Shown here: one piece after another, positions 9,474-19,595 of the stretch | Numbering within the stretch: the first letter of the stretch is position 1 | How the letters are laid out: each line of letters begins with the position of its first letter | DNA from: a candidate division WWE3 bacterium GW2011_GWC2_41_23 | Lineage (GTDB): Bacteria > Patescibacteriota > WWE3 > UBA101185 > UBA10185 | Length of the DNA stretch: 64,000 nt | Assembly (NCBI GenBank): GCA_000996895.1 | Contig: LCBB01000005.1 | Coordinates: forward strand, 11,421-75,420 | Reading direction: 5' to 3' | Translations under genes and position numbers: made by a program | The notes under the pieces: model-generated | The model's input: the letters and a program-made list of their open reading frames with translations, nothing else | What the model was told of the DNA's origin: nothing | Databases searched by the model: none

Positions 9474-10454
9474 ATGTATAATAAAATAATGCAAGAGTCA
9501 ACTTACGATTTAATAATAATAGGTGGCGGACCTTCGGGGCTAACCGCAGCGATATATTCTTCACGTGCAATGTTAAAAACACTTGTTGTTGCGGGAAATC
9601 CTGCAGGCGGTCAACTTGTGATTACTTCCGATGTCGAAAATTTTCCGGGCTTCCCCGGAGGCATCATGGGGCCCGAACTCATTGAGAATATGCGAAAACA
9701 GGCAGAGAGATTCGGAACTTCCTTTAAGGACGCCAATGTTCACTCTATTCAAGGTACTGCCGAAGAGGGCTTTGAACTTAATCTTGATTCAGGTGAGAAA
9801 GTAAACGCCAAAACAATAGTTATAGCAACAGGCGCATCCGCAAGATGGATTGGGCTTGAAAGCGAGACCAGGTTAAGGGGAAAAGGTGTTTCTGCGTGCG
9901 CGACCTGCGACGGCTTTTTCTTTAAAGACAAAGTTGTTGCTGTTGTCGGTGCCGGAGACGCCGCGATGGAAGAAAGCACGTTCTTAACAAAGTTCGCTTC
10001 TAAAGTTTACATATTAGTAAGAAGAAGCGAAGATAAAGTAAAGGCCAGTAAGATAATGTTTCAGCGCGCCAAAGATAATCCCAAAATAGAATTTGTATTT
10101 AACACCGAAGTAAAAGAAGTTTTAGGAGAACACAGTGTGGAAGGTCTTAGTGTCATCAATAATGTAACCGGCGAGGAGAGAAAGATGGAAGATGTTAAGG
10201 GGCTTTTTGTTGCAATCGGGCACGAACCCAACACATCGTTTTTACAGGGATTTATCGACCTTGATGCAAAGGGATATATTGTCGTGAACTCTAATACTAA
10301 GACTTCCAAAGAGGGTGTTTTCGCTGCGGGAGATGTAGCCGATCACCACTACCGACAGGCAATAACCGCATCCGGAGTAGGTTGTATGGCCGCCCTTGAC
10401 GCCGTTAGATTCCTCGCTGACCGCGGTGTCTCGGTTAAATCAGATGCTTACTAA
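9474..10454 (+). CDS. trxB: thioredoxin-disulfide reductase
   Basis: FAD motif IIIGGGPSGLTAAIY, redox-active CATCDG, NADPH motif VVGAGDAAMEE. Confidence 0.9.
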   Translation: MYNKIMQESTYDLIIIGGGPSGLTAAIYSSRAMLKTLVVAGNPAGGQLVITSDVENFPGFPGGIMGPELIENMRKQAERFGTSFKDANVHSIQGTAEEGFELNLDSGEKVNAKTIVIATGASARWIGLESETRLRGKGVSACATCDGFFFKDKVVAVVGAGDAAMEESTFLTKFASKVYILVRRSEDKVKASKIMFQRAKDNPKIEFVFNTEVKEVLGEHSVEGLSVINNVTGEERKMEDVKGLFVAIGHEPNTSFLQGFIDLDAKGYIVVNSNTKTSKEGVFAAGDVADHHYRQAITASGVGCMAALDAVRFLADRGVSVKSDAY

Positions 10455-11880
10455 GTTGGGGGTTTTACTCAAAAAGCTCGGGTTTGAAAAGATTTTTCTT
10501 ATCATATTGTTACTTCTTAGTTTTTTGGTCCGCGTTTCGGGTTTAGGTTATTCCCATTATTACGGCGACGAAATAAAAACTCTTTATTTGGACAAGACGG
10601 TTACGGCATCTAAATTTTTACTGGACCAGCGAAAAGGTCCGGTTCAGTTTATCGCGACCTGGGTAATGGAAAAAATTTTCGGTGGTTACGACGAAGGTTG
10701 GTTACGATTGCCTTTTGCATTGGCATCGGTCATCTCCGTTTTTGTTTTATATTTTGTCGTCAAAAAGCTTTTCGGAAAAAATCCTGCATACTATGCGACG
10801 GTTATTTATGCTTTTTCGGGATTTAGTGTGGCGTTCGGGCGTACGGCTCAATATCAATCGTTCTTAATGTTGTTCGGATTTTTATCTCTCCTGTTTATTT
10901 TATTATCTAAAGAGACAAAAAGAAAAACTTATATTCTCGTGGCGGCTTTGTTTTGGGTTTTTTCAGTTTACAGTCACTACGACGGTGTATTTTTTCTGAT
11001 TCCTGCAGTTCTTTTTTTTATCCAAAATAAGAAGGATTTTTTGGATTTTCTAAAATATTTTTTATTTCCCGCAATGCTACTTTTATTGCCGTTTTATCTT
11101 CCGTATGTAATTAACGGCTATTTGGCTTCCAACACAATAAATTACGTGTCCAGGAGAATGTCGGGAAGCGGATATTTACCGAATAGTTCGGCTTATACAG
11201 TTAGTGTTTACAACCCATTTAATATTTTCTTGCTCTTGGTTTTGCCCGGTCTAATGTCATTTTTCACTAAGGGAAACCGTAAAGTTTACATGGTGCAAAT
11301 TTGGTTTGTAGCAACGCTGGGATTTTACGAGTTAGTAATTAAAAATCCCGGGACTCATATTCAAAATTACCTTCTGCCGTTAATAATATTGAGCGGATAT
11401 GTAATTTCTAGTTCCGGAAGATATATGCGGCTTGCGGTTTCCGTATTATTACCTTTTTACATCGGAATTTCTTTTTATACTTTTGTTCCGTCTTTAAATA
11501 CAGGTTACCCGTGGAAGCCGTCAAACATTTTAGGATTGCACTTGGGGAAGATAGAAAAAAAGTTTCAGCTATTTTTGTATGGTTTTCCCTACAACAGAGG
11601 CTGGGATCAGATTAAGGCGTATTTTGAAGAGAAAAAGGATGTTAACGGTGTTTACACAAACGACAACGATTCCTACGCCGACTATTACTTAAGAGGTTTC
11701 GCGTACACCCGTCCCGGACCTAATTTTTTACCACAATACTACGTTCACATCATAGATAGTCAGGAGATTGATAATCCGAAAGAAGATTTTCTCAGCACAA
11801 ATGCTGCTTTTTACAATCTCGAAGCAGAGTTTTTCGGTGACGCGGGGTCTGTATCCCAGATCTATAAACTTATAAAGTGA
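10444..11880 (+). CDS. GT-C-like polytopic membrane glycosyltransferase candidate (paralogue of 12538-14037)
   Basis: Start moved to the ATG at 10444 to avoid a 59-nt overlap with trxB. Shares LLDQRKGPVQF and YPWKPSNILG...GFPYNRGW blocks with the next gene. Confidence 0.55.
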   Translation: MLTKLGVLLKKLGFEKIFLIILLLLSFLVRVSGLGYSHYYGDEIKTLYLDKTVTASKFLLDQRKGPVQFIATWVMEKIFGGYDEGWLRLPFALASVISVFVLYFVVKKLFGKNPAYYATVIYAFSGFSVAFGRTAQYQSFLMLFGFLSLLFILLSKETKRKTYILVAALFWVFSVYSHYDGVFFLIPAVLFFIQNKKDFLDFLKYFLFPAMLLLLPFYLPYVINGYLASNTINYVSRRMSGSGYLPNSSAYTVSVYNPFNIFLLLVLPGLMSFFTKGNRKVYMVQIWFVATLGFYELVIKNPGTHIQNYLLPLIILSGYVISSSGRYMRLAVSVLLPFYIGISFYTFVPSLNTGYPWKPSNILGLHLGKIEKKFQLFLYGFPYNRGWDQIKAYFEEKKDVNGVYTNDNDSYADYYLRGFAYTRPGPNFLPQYYVHIIDSQEIDNPKEDFLSTNAAFYNLEAEFFGDAGSVSQIYKLIK

Positions 11881-12460
11881 TGTTAGCCCAGTCTACGATG
11901 TTCCACCAGTTTGTGATGTAATCAGCGCGTCTGTTCTGGTATTTAAGGTAATAGGCGTGTTCCCAGACGTCCAGCGCCAGGAGAGGTTTGTAACCTTCTG
12001 AGATGGGAGAAGCCTGATTTTGCGTATTCATGATTTTTACATTGCCTTCTTTGTCTTGTACCAGCCATGTCCAACCGCTACCGAAAAGCCCGAGAGCGCT
12101 TTTGGTAAATTCTTCCTTAAACATGTCGAACGAACCGAATGTACCGTTGATTTTTTCTAAAAGCATTCCGTCGGGTCCTGTGCTTTTAGCAGGTCCTATA
12201 ACACTCCAGAAAAAGTTATGATTAAACACTCCTCCGCCGTTGTTTATTACGGCCGTTCTAATGTTTTCGTCGATAGCCTCGGGTGACATTAAAATATCCT
12301 CCAACTCCATATTTTCCAGCGGTGTTCCGGTAATTGCCATTGTAAGTTTATCCAGGTAAGTTTTGTGATGTTTTGTATAGTGAACTTCCATTGTCTGGGT
12401 ATCAATATAGGGTTCTAAAGCGTCGAACGCGTAATTTAATTTCGGAAGCTCTTTTATCAT
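11870..12460 (-). CDS. Fe/Mn superoxide dismutase
   Basis: HYTKHHKTYLDKL and DVWEHAYYLKYQNRRADYI are canonical Fe/Mn-SOD metal-ligand regions. Confidence 0.9.
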   Translation of the reverse strand: MIKELPKLNYAFDALEPYIDTQTMEVHYTKHHKTYLDKLTMAITGTPLENMELEDILMSPEAIDENIRTAVINNGGGVFNHNFFWSVIGPAKSTGPDGMLLEKINGTFGSFDMFKEEFTKSALGLFGSGWTWLVQDKEGNVKIMNTQNQASPISEGYKPLLALDVWEHAYYLKYQNRRADYITNWWNIVDWANITL

Positions 12461-12537
12461 AAACCGTCCCTTTCAATATATTTACGGATATCTATATAAT
12501 ATCATAAGTTTACTTTTTTGCTAGAATTTAGGTGTAA

Positions 12538-14037
12538 ATGTTTGAGAAGAATATAGCTGTAATAATCAAATACGCAAATTTTATAATGCTGGGAACGATA
12601 TTTCTTTCGTTTGTTCTGTTACGTTTAATTAATCTTGGATACTCGGAGTACATACCTGATGAAACTACTGTAATGACGCCGGTAAAGAACTCTCAGATAG
12701 ATACGGGATTTTTACTCGCGCAAAGAAAAGGTCCGATGCAATTTTTAACTGTTCGGGTTGTAAACATATTCGGTATCAACGTGTTCGACGAATTTTCATA
12801 CCGCTTCCCTTTTTTCCTTGCCTCTGTTTTGGGGTTGTTCTTTTTTTATAAATTTATTAGAAACTTGGAAGGACAGTTTGTGGCTGTCGTAGCAACGTTA
12901 TTTTTGGGTTTGAACGGGCTTTTTATAGCTTTCGGGAGGGTCGTTCAGTACCAGAGCCTTAACTTACTTTTTTCATTTGCGGGTCTGTATTTTCTTTCTT
13001 TGTTGAAAGAAGAACAGCACAAGATAAGAAATTCTTTACTGGGATCTTTATTTTTGTGTCTCTCTTTTATGTCTCACTGGGATATGGTCTTCATTTTGCC
13101 CCCGGCGTTATTTTTAATTTTTAAGTACGTACTGTTCTCCGGCTTGAGGGGTAGACAAAAAAGATCTGTTGTCGGGGCATTACTATTGCCCGTGCTGGTA
13201 ATTTTTCTTCCCTTTTTTGTTAACTACTCAAGTGTTGCTTTGGCAGATGCAGGTAATATTAGTTATTTTAAAACCAGAGTCGGCTACACAGGCATATCCC
13301 TTGAAAGCATAATGTATGACCTTAAAGAGTACGTCGTAAAGGTGGAGTTATATAACCCGTTTGTTTATACGTATGTTTTGGGAGTTCTTGCTTTCGCAGG
13401 ATTAATAGGATCCAAACGGTCATACCCTTACTTTTATTGGTTTTTACTGTCGCTGGCGGTATTTATTTTTCTTGTTATAAAACCGGGCACCCATGTATAC
13501 AACATGTTTTATCCATCGGCAGTACTTGCCGCGCTGGGAGCGCACTATTTTTATCAGCTTTTTAAGGGGTTGCTATCCAAGGCTATCATTGTTGCTCTCG
13601 CAGTTCTTTTTTCGTTTTTTGCTTATCAGGGGTACCTCTTATTCGCGGATACAAAAGCGGATTATCCGTGGTCTCAGGAGGACATTTTAGGTCATAAAAC
13701 CAAGCCATACTCGCATCAAAGCCTTCCCAACAACATTATCGGTTTCCCGATTTACCGGGGTTGGAAGGAAGCGGCAGAATTTCTCGAAGGAGAAAACGCC
13801 AGAAACGGAGCTGATATTCCTTATATTACGAACGAAGAATCCAGCATAGGATGTTTTTACCTTCCATTAAGGTATGGAAAAGAATCGGAATATTACGCAA
13901 TAGGAGTAAAACGCCCGTTGTCTTTTGTAAATGATTACACGTTTCCATCGATAAAAAATAAGAAGACAATCAAGAGGATAGAAGTTTACGGCGAAAATAC
14001 GATGCGTATATATAAGGTGAATGTAAATGAAGAATAA
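12538..14037 (+). CDS. GT-C-like polytopic membrane glycosyltransferase candidate (paralogue of 10444-11880)
   Basis: LLAQRKGPMQFLTVRVV and YPWSQEDILGH...GFPIYRGW align with the preceding paralogue. About 12 TM helices. Confidence 0.55.
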   Translation: MFEKNIAVIIKYANFIMLGTIFLSFVLLRLINLGYSEYIPDETTVMTPVKNSQIDTGFLLAQRKGPMQFLTVRVVNIFGINVFDEFSYRFPFFLASVLGLFFFYKFIRNLEGQFVAVVATLFLGLNGLFIAFGRVVQYQSLNLLFSFAGLYFLSLLKEEQHKIRNSLLGSLFLCLSFMSHWDMVFILPPALFLIFKYVLFSGLRGRQKRSVVGALLLPVLVIFLPFFVNYSSVALADAGNISYFKTRVGYTGISLESIMYDLKEYVVKVELYNPFVYTYVLGVLAFAGLIGSKRSYPYFYWFLLSLAVFIFLVIKPGTHVYNMFYPSAVLAALGAHYFYQLFKGLLSKAIIVALAVLFSFFAYQGYLLFADTKADYPWSQEDILGHKTKPYSHQSLPNNIIGFPIYRGWKEAAEFLEGENARNGADIPYITNEESSIGCFYLPLRYGKESEYYAIGVKRPLSFVNDYTFPSIKNKKTIKRIEVYGENTMRIYKVNVNEE

Positions 14038-15112
14038 ATTTGTAAATATCACCAAAATAACGGTCATTGCGGCTATATTTTTAGTGGCTTGTATGTTGCG
14101 TCTTGATTTTTTCGGGGGCGCCGGAAAAGATATTTATGCTTACGAAAGATCTGTAGAAGATCTTTTGTCCGGGACTAACCCATATAAATGGACGGTTGCG
14201 ACCTACTCTACGCCGGATGACCCCGGCAATCACGGCTACGCATATCTTCCGCTTCTTCTATATCTAAACTCTTTTTTCTATATTATTTCCAAGTTAAGTG
14301 GTGTATCGTTTTATATTTTAAGTAAGATACCCATACTATTAGCGGATGTGGGTGTGGGCATACTACTGGTCAAGTTCTTGTACCGAAAAAATTATTGGGC
14401 TCTTTTAGGAGCTCTCTTGTTCTGGTTTTGGAATCCTTACTTTTTTATGAAAAATAATTATGTCTATACGGACCCATTGCCGGTATTTTTATCACTTTTA
14501 GCTTTTTATTATTTAGAGAAAGACGACGTTCTGGCAGGGGCATTTCTCGCTTTAGCAATAGCGGCCAAGCCATATTCGTTAATCTTTCTTCCACTTTTTT
14601 TATTCAAAGCCCAAAGACCTCTGAGATTGATGCTGTCTACCGTAATTGTAGGGGTATTTCTTAGTATACCTTTTCTCGGATCGTGGAACGATTTTATGAC
14701 TTACCTTAATGGAGCTGTGTTAGTACACGGAGATCGCATTGTTCAGGGGCGCCCTTTCCTGTGGTTTATAAGTTATTACGGAAAAATAGAGCTCATAAGG
14801 ATAATACCCGTAAAGTTTTACGCTTACGCTTCCATATTGTTGGGTTGGGTTTTTATAGTCATTGCCTTTTTGATTTTTAAGATTAAGGAAAAATATTTGC
14901 TGGGTGCAGGCTGTCTGGCGTTGTTTTATTTTTTCACACCCGTCTTAAACCGCACCTACCTGCTTTGGTTAATGCCCTTATTTGTAATTGCCTTGTATAA
15001 CATATTTAGTAAGAAGCAGGTTCTTTATTATTTTTCACTTTTATTCTATTGGGGTTTTTATTATGTGTATTTGTTTTACTGGAAGGATGGGTTTCACATT
15101 TGGCATCCTTAG
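14027..15112 (+). CDS. polytopic membrane protein, GT87/DUF2029-like mannosyltransferase candidate
   Basis: 361 aa, all hydrophobic helices. AFLALAIAAKPYSLIFLPLFLF-type segment. Overlaps the upstream gene by 11 nt, so probably co-transcribed. Confidence 0.45.
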   Translation: MKNKFVNITKITVIAAIFLVACMLRLDFFGGAGKDIYAYERSVEDLLSGTNPYKWTVATYSTPDDPGNHGYAYLPLLLYLNSFFYIISKLSGVSFYILSKIPILLADVGVGILLVKFLYRKNYWALLGALLFWFWNPYFFMKNNYVYTDPLPVFLSLLAFYYLEKDDVLAGAFLALAIAAKPYSLIFLPLFLFKAQRPLRLMLSTVIVGVFLSIPFLGSWNDFMTYLNGAVLVHGDRIVQGRPFLWFISYYGKIELIRIIPVKFYAYASILLGWVFIVIAFLIFKIKEKYLLGAGCLALFYFFTPVLNRTYLLWLMPLFVIALYNIFSKKQVLYYFSLLFYWGFYYVYLFYWKDGFHIWHP

Positions 15113-15222
15113 TTTTATATACAAATTTACATGCGTTTTTTGTTATTTTGATATTAAGTTTTCCGGCGGTATCTTTTAGGTTTCTAACTACCGATTACAA
15201 ACGGTGTGTTGGTAGGTAAAAA

Positions 15223-16797
15223 ATGTTTTTACCGGAGCAGTTAAAGATGAAATCAAAAAAAGAGTTGTTGAGTAAAATTGTAAACGGCAGATATTTCACG
15301 GGTATCGCTGTGTCGTTATTCCTTTTTCTACTACTTCTCCCCCTTTCCCTAAAAATAGATTTTATGCAAAACGACGATTGGGTCTACTACGGGATGGTCG
15401 AGAATTTTATGAAACTGGATTTCAGACTGGATCCCTTGTCCGCACCTACTTTTTATACCCAAGGCATACTCGGAACTTTATTCGCCGGTATTTTCGGATT
15501 ACAGAGTTTGCCAATTCTTACGCTAATTATTTCCGTACTGTGTTTCTTCGTTTTTTACATTATTTTGTTAAGACATTTTAATTTGGGGCGGTTTGAGTCA
15601 GTATTGGTGTCCTTGTTATTGTTTTTTAATCCGCTTTTTATCTACTCTGTGTGGGGATTTATGACGGAAAACTATTTTTTGTTGTTTATGCTTCTTTCAA
15701 TCTTGTTTTATTTGGAAAGTGTAAATGTTCCGAGCAGGAAGAACCTTTTTTTGTACGTTGTTTTTATCTTTTTGGCTCTTAATATAAGGCAGGTTGCCTT
15801 GGTTTTGCCTTTGTCCGGTTTCGTATACTCGTTGTTCAAAAGGAATGTAAGGCCGCTTTTGTTGAATTTGGGGGTTTTGGTGGGGCTGGGTGTCTACTAT
15901 GTTTTTATTTTTCCGTTAACCGCCGAAATGTCGGAAAAAAGCCTCCAATTTCACCACCTTCAAAGCTCGCCTTACGTGTATTCGTTGATTTACGGGTCTT
16001 TTATATTGGCAACTGCCCTACTCCTTCCTTTACTACTGCCGATTTTTAAAGAAAAGAAAAAACTTAAATGGGCGCTGTTTTTGGGTTTAGCGGTAGTCGC
16101 CTATATTTTATTGAACCGATATTTTCAACCGTCAAAAGTTTCGTGGGGAGAATTTCCCTATTTCGAAAACACGCTGGAACGAAAGGGCTTTTACCCGAGA
16201 GGGGTGCTGGGTACAAAATATTATTTTAAGTACATGTTCGATCTTTACCGTCACTGGGATTCGGCTGCAAAGATTGTTTTAAGTCTTTTTGTTGCCTATG
16301 CGGTACTAAAAATAAAGAAAATAAACGGACTCTGGGCAGTATTCACAATTATTTATATGGGGGTAATGACTGTCACCGAAACTTATTACGACAGGTACTT
16401 GTTAATTTTAATCCCGGTTTTAATCTTTATTATTCTGGGAGTAAACGGTTTTGGAAAAGTGAATAAATTTTTGTCGGTGTCTTTTTTAGCTTTTTTGATT
16501 TTTTACAATTACCAGTTTTCAATGGATTTCATTTTGGTTAACAAATACATCTGGAATAAATCCGAGGAGCTGGTTGTGAAGTACGATAAAGAACCCAGAA
16601 GAGTACAGGGTACGAATGCTTGGAAGCTGAAGTATTTAAATGAGAGAAGAAACTATGTGTTCGATTTTACCTACGATAGCTCGGAAATAAACAAGTCCTA
16701 CCGCGATTTGTACACTACCGAAGAGGGTAAAAAGATAGAATTTCCGGGAAGTTTGTGGGTCAAACCGTACATTTATTTGTATCAGAAGATAGACTAG
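15223..16797 (+). CDS. polytopic membrane protein (glycosyltransferase-like)
   Basis: 524 aa with many TM helices. Follows the same-strand series of membrane proteins. Confidence 0.45.
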   Translation: MFLPEQLKMKSKKELLSKIVNGRYFTGIAVSLFLFLLLLPLSLKIDFMQNDDWVYYGMVENFMKLDFRLDPLSAPTFYTQGILGTLFAGIFGLQSLPILTLIISVLCFFVFYIILLRHFNLGRFESVLVSLLLFFNPLFIYSVWGFMTENYFLLFMLLSILFYLESVNVPSRKNLFLYVVFIFLALNIRQVALVLPLSGFVYSLFKRNVRPLLLNLGVLVGLGVYYVFIFPLTAEMSEKSLQFHHLQSSPYVYSLIYGSFILATALLLPLLLPIFKEKKKLKWALFLGLAVVAYILLNRYFQPSKVSWGEFPYFENTLERKGFYPRGVLGTKYYFKYMFDLYRHWDSAAKIVLSLFVAYAVLKIKKINGLWAVFTIIYMGVMTVTETYYDRYLLILIPVLIFIILGVNGFGKVNKFLSVSFLAFLIFYNYQFSMDFILVNKYIWNKSEELVVKYDKEPRRVQGTNAWKLKYLNERRNYVFDFTYDSSEINKSYRDLYTTEEGKKIEFPGSLWVKPYIYLYQKID

Positions 16798-16890
16798 ATA
16801 GATTTATTGTTATATTTGCTGCGTTGGTGCCATGTTTGTTATTCTTAACTCATATATAAAGGCAGCGAAACACACCCTTTAAAGTATAAG

Positions 16891-18390
16891 ATGACAAAAA
16901 TGAGGAACAGACCCGGAGCCGTAATGTTGTTAATAATCTTGCTGTTCTTACTTCCCCGGGTGTTCTTATTAGGCACCGATATATCAAACTCAGACGCGTT
17001 GAGGTGGCACAGAAGATCGGATAATTTTCTTCAAGCACTTAAAAACCAAAACTTTGAAAAAACTTACCAAAGATACCACCCCGGTGTTACTGCGATGTGG
17101 GCGGGGGCAGTGTCCGAACAAATACTTAACGAATATCAAAAACTTAAAGGGGACGAAATTGCTACCTTAGAAAATGCCGAGTTTTACCCGGTACTGCACG
17201 CGTTATCAAAATTAGTTTTGATTGCAATATTAGCTTTTTGTTTTGCGTTGCAAATCTACCTAGTAAGCAAATTATTCGGAAGTAAAACTGCTCTGTTATT
17301 TGGAATTATAATTTCCACGGAGCCATATTTTATAGGTATAAACAGATGGTTTCATCTATCGTCTATGGAAGCAATGTTTTCGTTAAATGTCCTTTTACTT
17401 TTGATGTATTTTATTCAAACCAACAAGTTGCGTTTCATTGTATTATCGGGTTTTTTTGCGGGGTTGGGGTTATTAACTAAAATGACGGTATCTATTACCA
17501 TAGCTTTTTCTTTTTCCTACATCTTATACAGAGTTTTTAGAAATAAGACTAAATTTAACGCAGCGGTATTTTACGTAATTTCTATATGTGTCACTGTATT
17601 AGTTTTGTTTCCTGCCTTGTGGGTAAAACCGATGTTTGTTTTTTGGTCGATGTACTCGGCTATTGTAAACGCCGTTTTTGAGGACATAAGGGGGGAGTTG
17701 CTTACGCTTCCGCAAAAGCTTTTTTATTACCCGATAATTTTATTATTTAAAATGTCGCCCGTGGTGTTGATAATAGGTGTTTACTCCATCATAAACACTT
17801 TTAAAAGGGTAACTAGTAAAGAATTTGTCTTAGGTGTATATCTCGTTTTCTTAGTAACATTTCTAACCATCACAGATCAAAAAATAGACAGATACTCCAT
17901 CGCGTTATTTCCTTTTTGGATACTATTGGTAGCAAACACCCTTTCAAAATTAAAACCTCGTATTTTGACTGTTTTGTTATCTATCCATGTCGCAACATTT
18001 ATATGGGCAACCTCAGTGTACTACCCTGTTTATTCTGCATTTATAAATCCTTTGTTCGGGCATAAATTTGTGTTAAACGCAGGATTTTATGAAAATTCCG
18101 GAGAGTATTTTTCAGAAGCGGCGTTTTATCTAAACATAAAAGGACGCAATATACGTACCCACGTCCCTAATAACATAGAGTCTTTTAAACCTTATTACAA
18201 AGGCAAGTTAACGGGGTTACTAGATGATGCTGACTACGTGGTCTATAGTTTGGATTTTGACCGCAAATCCTTTCCCGCTATTAAAGATTGTAAAATAGAT
18301 AAATATTTTGGAAACCGTTTATATAAACCCGTTGCTGTTTATGCATGTAACAACGTGAGTTTAAAAACAAAAAGCTATTTAGTCAGGTAA
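16891..18390 (+). CDS. polytopic membrane protein (ArnT/PMT-like glycosyltransferase candidate)
   Basis: 499 aa with many TM helices. Confidence 0.45.
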   Translation: MTKMRNRPGAVMLLIILLFLLPRVFLLGTDISNSDALRWHRRSDNFLQALKNQNFEKTYQRYHPGVTAMWAGAVSEQILNEYQKLKGDEIATLENAEFYPVLHALSKLVLIAILAFCFALQIYLVSKLFGSKTALLFGIIISTEPYFIGINRWFHLSSMEAMFSLNVLLLLMYFIQTNKLRFIVLSGFFAGLGLLTKMTVSITIAFSFSYILYRVFRNKTKFNAAVFYVISICVTVLVLFPALWVKPMFVFWSMYSAIVNAVFEDIRGELLTLPQKLFYYPIILLFKMSPVVLIIGVYSIINTFKRVTSKEFVLGVYLVFLVTFLTITDQKIDRYSIALFPFWILLVANTLSKLKPRILTVLLSIHVATFIWATSVYYPVYSAFINPLFGHKFVLNAGFYENSGEYFSEAAFYLNIKGRNIRTHVPNNIESFKPYYKGKLTGLLDDADYVVYSLDFDRKSFPAIKDCKIDKYFGNRLYKPVAVYACNNVSLKTKSYLVR

Positions 18391-18435
18391 ATCTCTTGAC
18401 ACCCGCAATTAAAACTAATAGTCTTTAAACCAAGC

Positions 18436-18966
18436 ATGCATATTAACCCCGCATTAAAAGGAACCCTGCTTACCACAATCTTAGCTGTTGTTTTTTCTGC
18501 ATCTCATGTTTTTTCTGCTTCCCTATCCTTGACTAAAATAGGCGCTTTAGATACAACAGGTAAAACTTATTCTGAATGGTGGTACTCACAGACAAGCGCT
18601 ACATTGGCAGGTACGGCTGCTGACGGAACTCAGGTGTCGGTAAAAGTTGGTGAGGCGGTAAACAACGTGAATGTCACATCAGGAACTTGGTCTTACGCGC
18701 TATCCGGTGAGAGTAAAGATTATCCGATTGAAATTTCCCAAGGTGCTGAAAAAATCTCGTTCACATTGCATCTAGGTCAGGTGCTTCCAAATACAGTAGT
18801 GGCAGGTTCTTCTCCTCAGACAGGCGGAGTGCCGGAAACAGGCTACAACCAAGTTATCGCAATAAGTCTGGGTGTGGGAATAGTACTTTTAGCTTCATAC
18901 TTTTACTTTTGGGGTGATTTAAAAAAGAAAACAGTTTTTGAAGCAAGAATGATCCGCGAAGATTAA
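18436..18966 (+). CDS. secreted surface protein with C-terminal sorting-signal-like anchor
   Basis: Signal peptide MHINPALKGTLLTTILAVVFSASHVFSA. C-terminus GGVPETG, then a hydrophobic helix, then KKK. Confidence 0.5.
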   Translation: MHINPALKGTLLTTILAVVFSASHVFSASLSLTKIGALDTTGKTYSEWWYSQTSATLAGTAADGTQVSVKVGEAVNNVNVTSGTWSYALSGESKDYPIEISQGAEKISFTLHLGQVLPNTVVAGSSPQTGGVPETGYNQVIAISLGVGIVLLASYFYFWGDLKKKTVFEARMIRED

Positions 18967-19595
18967 TCTTCCACAAAAGGCACGAACGCAAATCCGGGAA
19001 AAAATAAAGTGTCGAAATCCGTTTCTGTGTTTCTCACCATTTTGTAAATTCCACTGTCTTTAGGAAAAACCATAACTCCCCCGACCTTCAGTTGCTCTTT
19101 CCACGCTTCAGGTAATTCTCTGACTTCCGCAGCCGCGATTATTCTGTCAAATCCGCCGATTTCTTTAGAAACATTAGGCAGGCCTGTTTTTGCATTTCCC
19201 TCGTGAAGTGAAAGATTATCCGAAATCAAAGGATACTTGCCCACATTTTCTCCGGCATACTCGGAGAGTTTCGGAATAATCTCAACCGTGTAAACGTGGC
19301 CGTCTTCCCCCGACATAAAAGCTAATAAAGACGCCTGCCATCCCGAACCGGTACCGATATCAAGTATTTTATGCCCTTGCTTAATGTCCAGCAGTTCCAG
19401 CATGAACGCTACTGTGAATGGTTGGGAAATAGTCTGGCCGTAACCGATGGAAAGTGCGGCGTCGGTGTAGGAATTTCCCTTGTCTTCGGGTAGAACAAAA
19501 TCCGATCTGTCGATTTCCAGTAAAGCCTGTTCAACGGAAAAAGATTTCAGCACACCGGACGATTTAAGTTTATCTATAAGCTCGTGTTTGGTCAT
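18963..19595 (-). CDS. pcm: protein-L-isoaspartate O-methyltransferase
   Basis: LDIGTGSGWQASLLAFM and VYTVEIIPKL motifs. Start set at MTKHELIDKL (ATG 19593-19595), giving an ATGA overlap with the HIT gene. The longer ORF-track start would overlap HIT by 136 nt. Confidence 0.8.
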   Translation of the reverse strand: MTKHELIDKLKSSGVLKSFSVEQALLEIDRSDFVLPEDKGNSYTDAALSIGYGQTISQPFTVAFMLELLDIKQGHKILDIGTGSGWQASLLAFMSGEDGHVYTVEIIPKLSEYAGENVGKYPLISDNLSLHEGNAKTGLPNVSKEIGGFDRIIAAAEVRELPEAWKEQLKVGGVMVFPKDSGIYKMVRNTETDFDTLFFPGFAFVPFVED

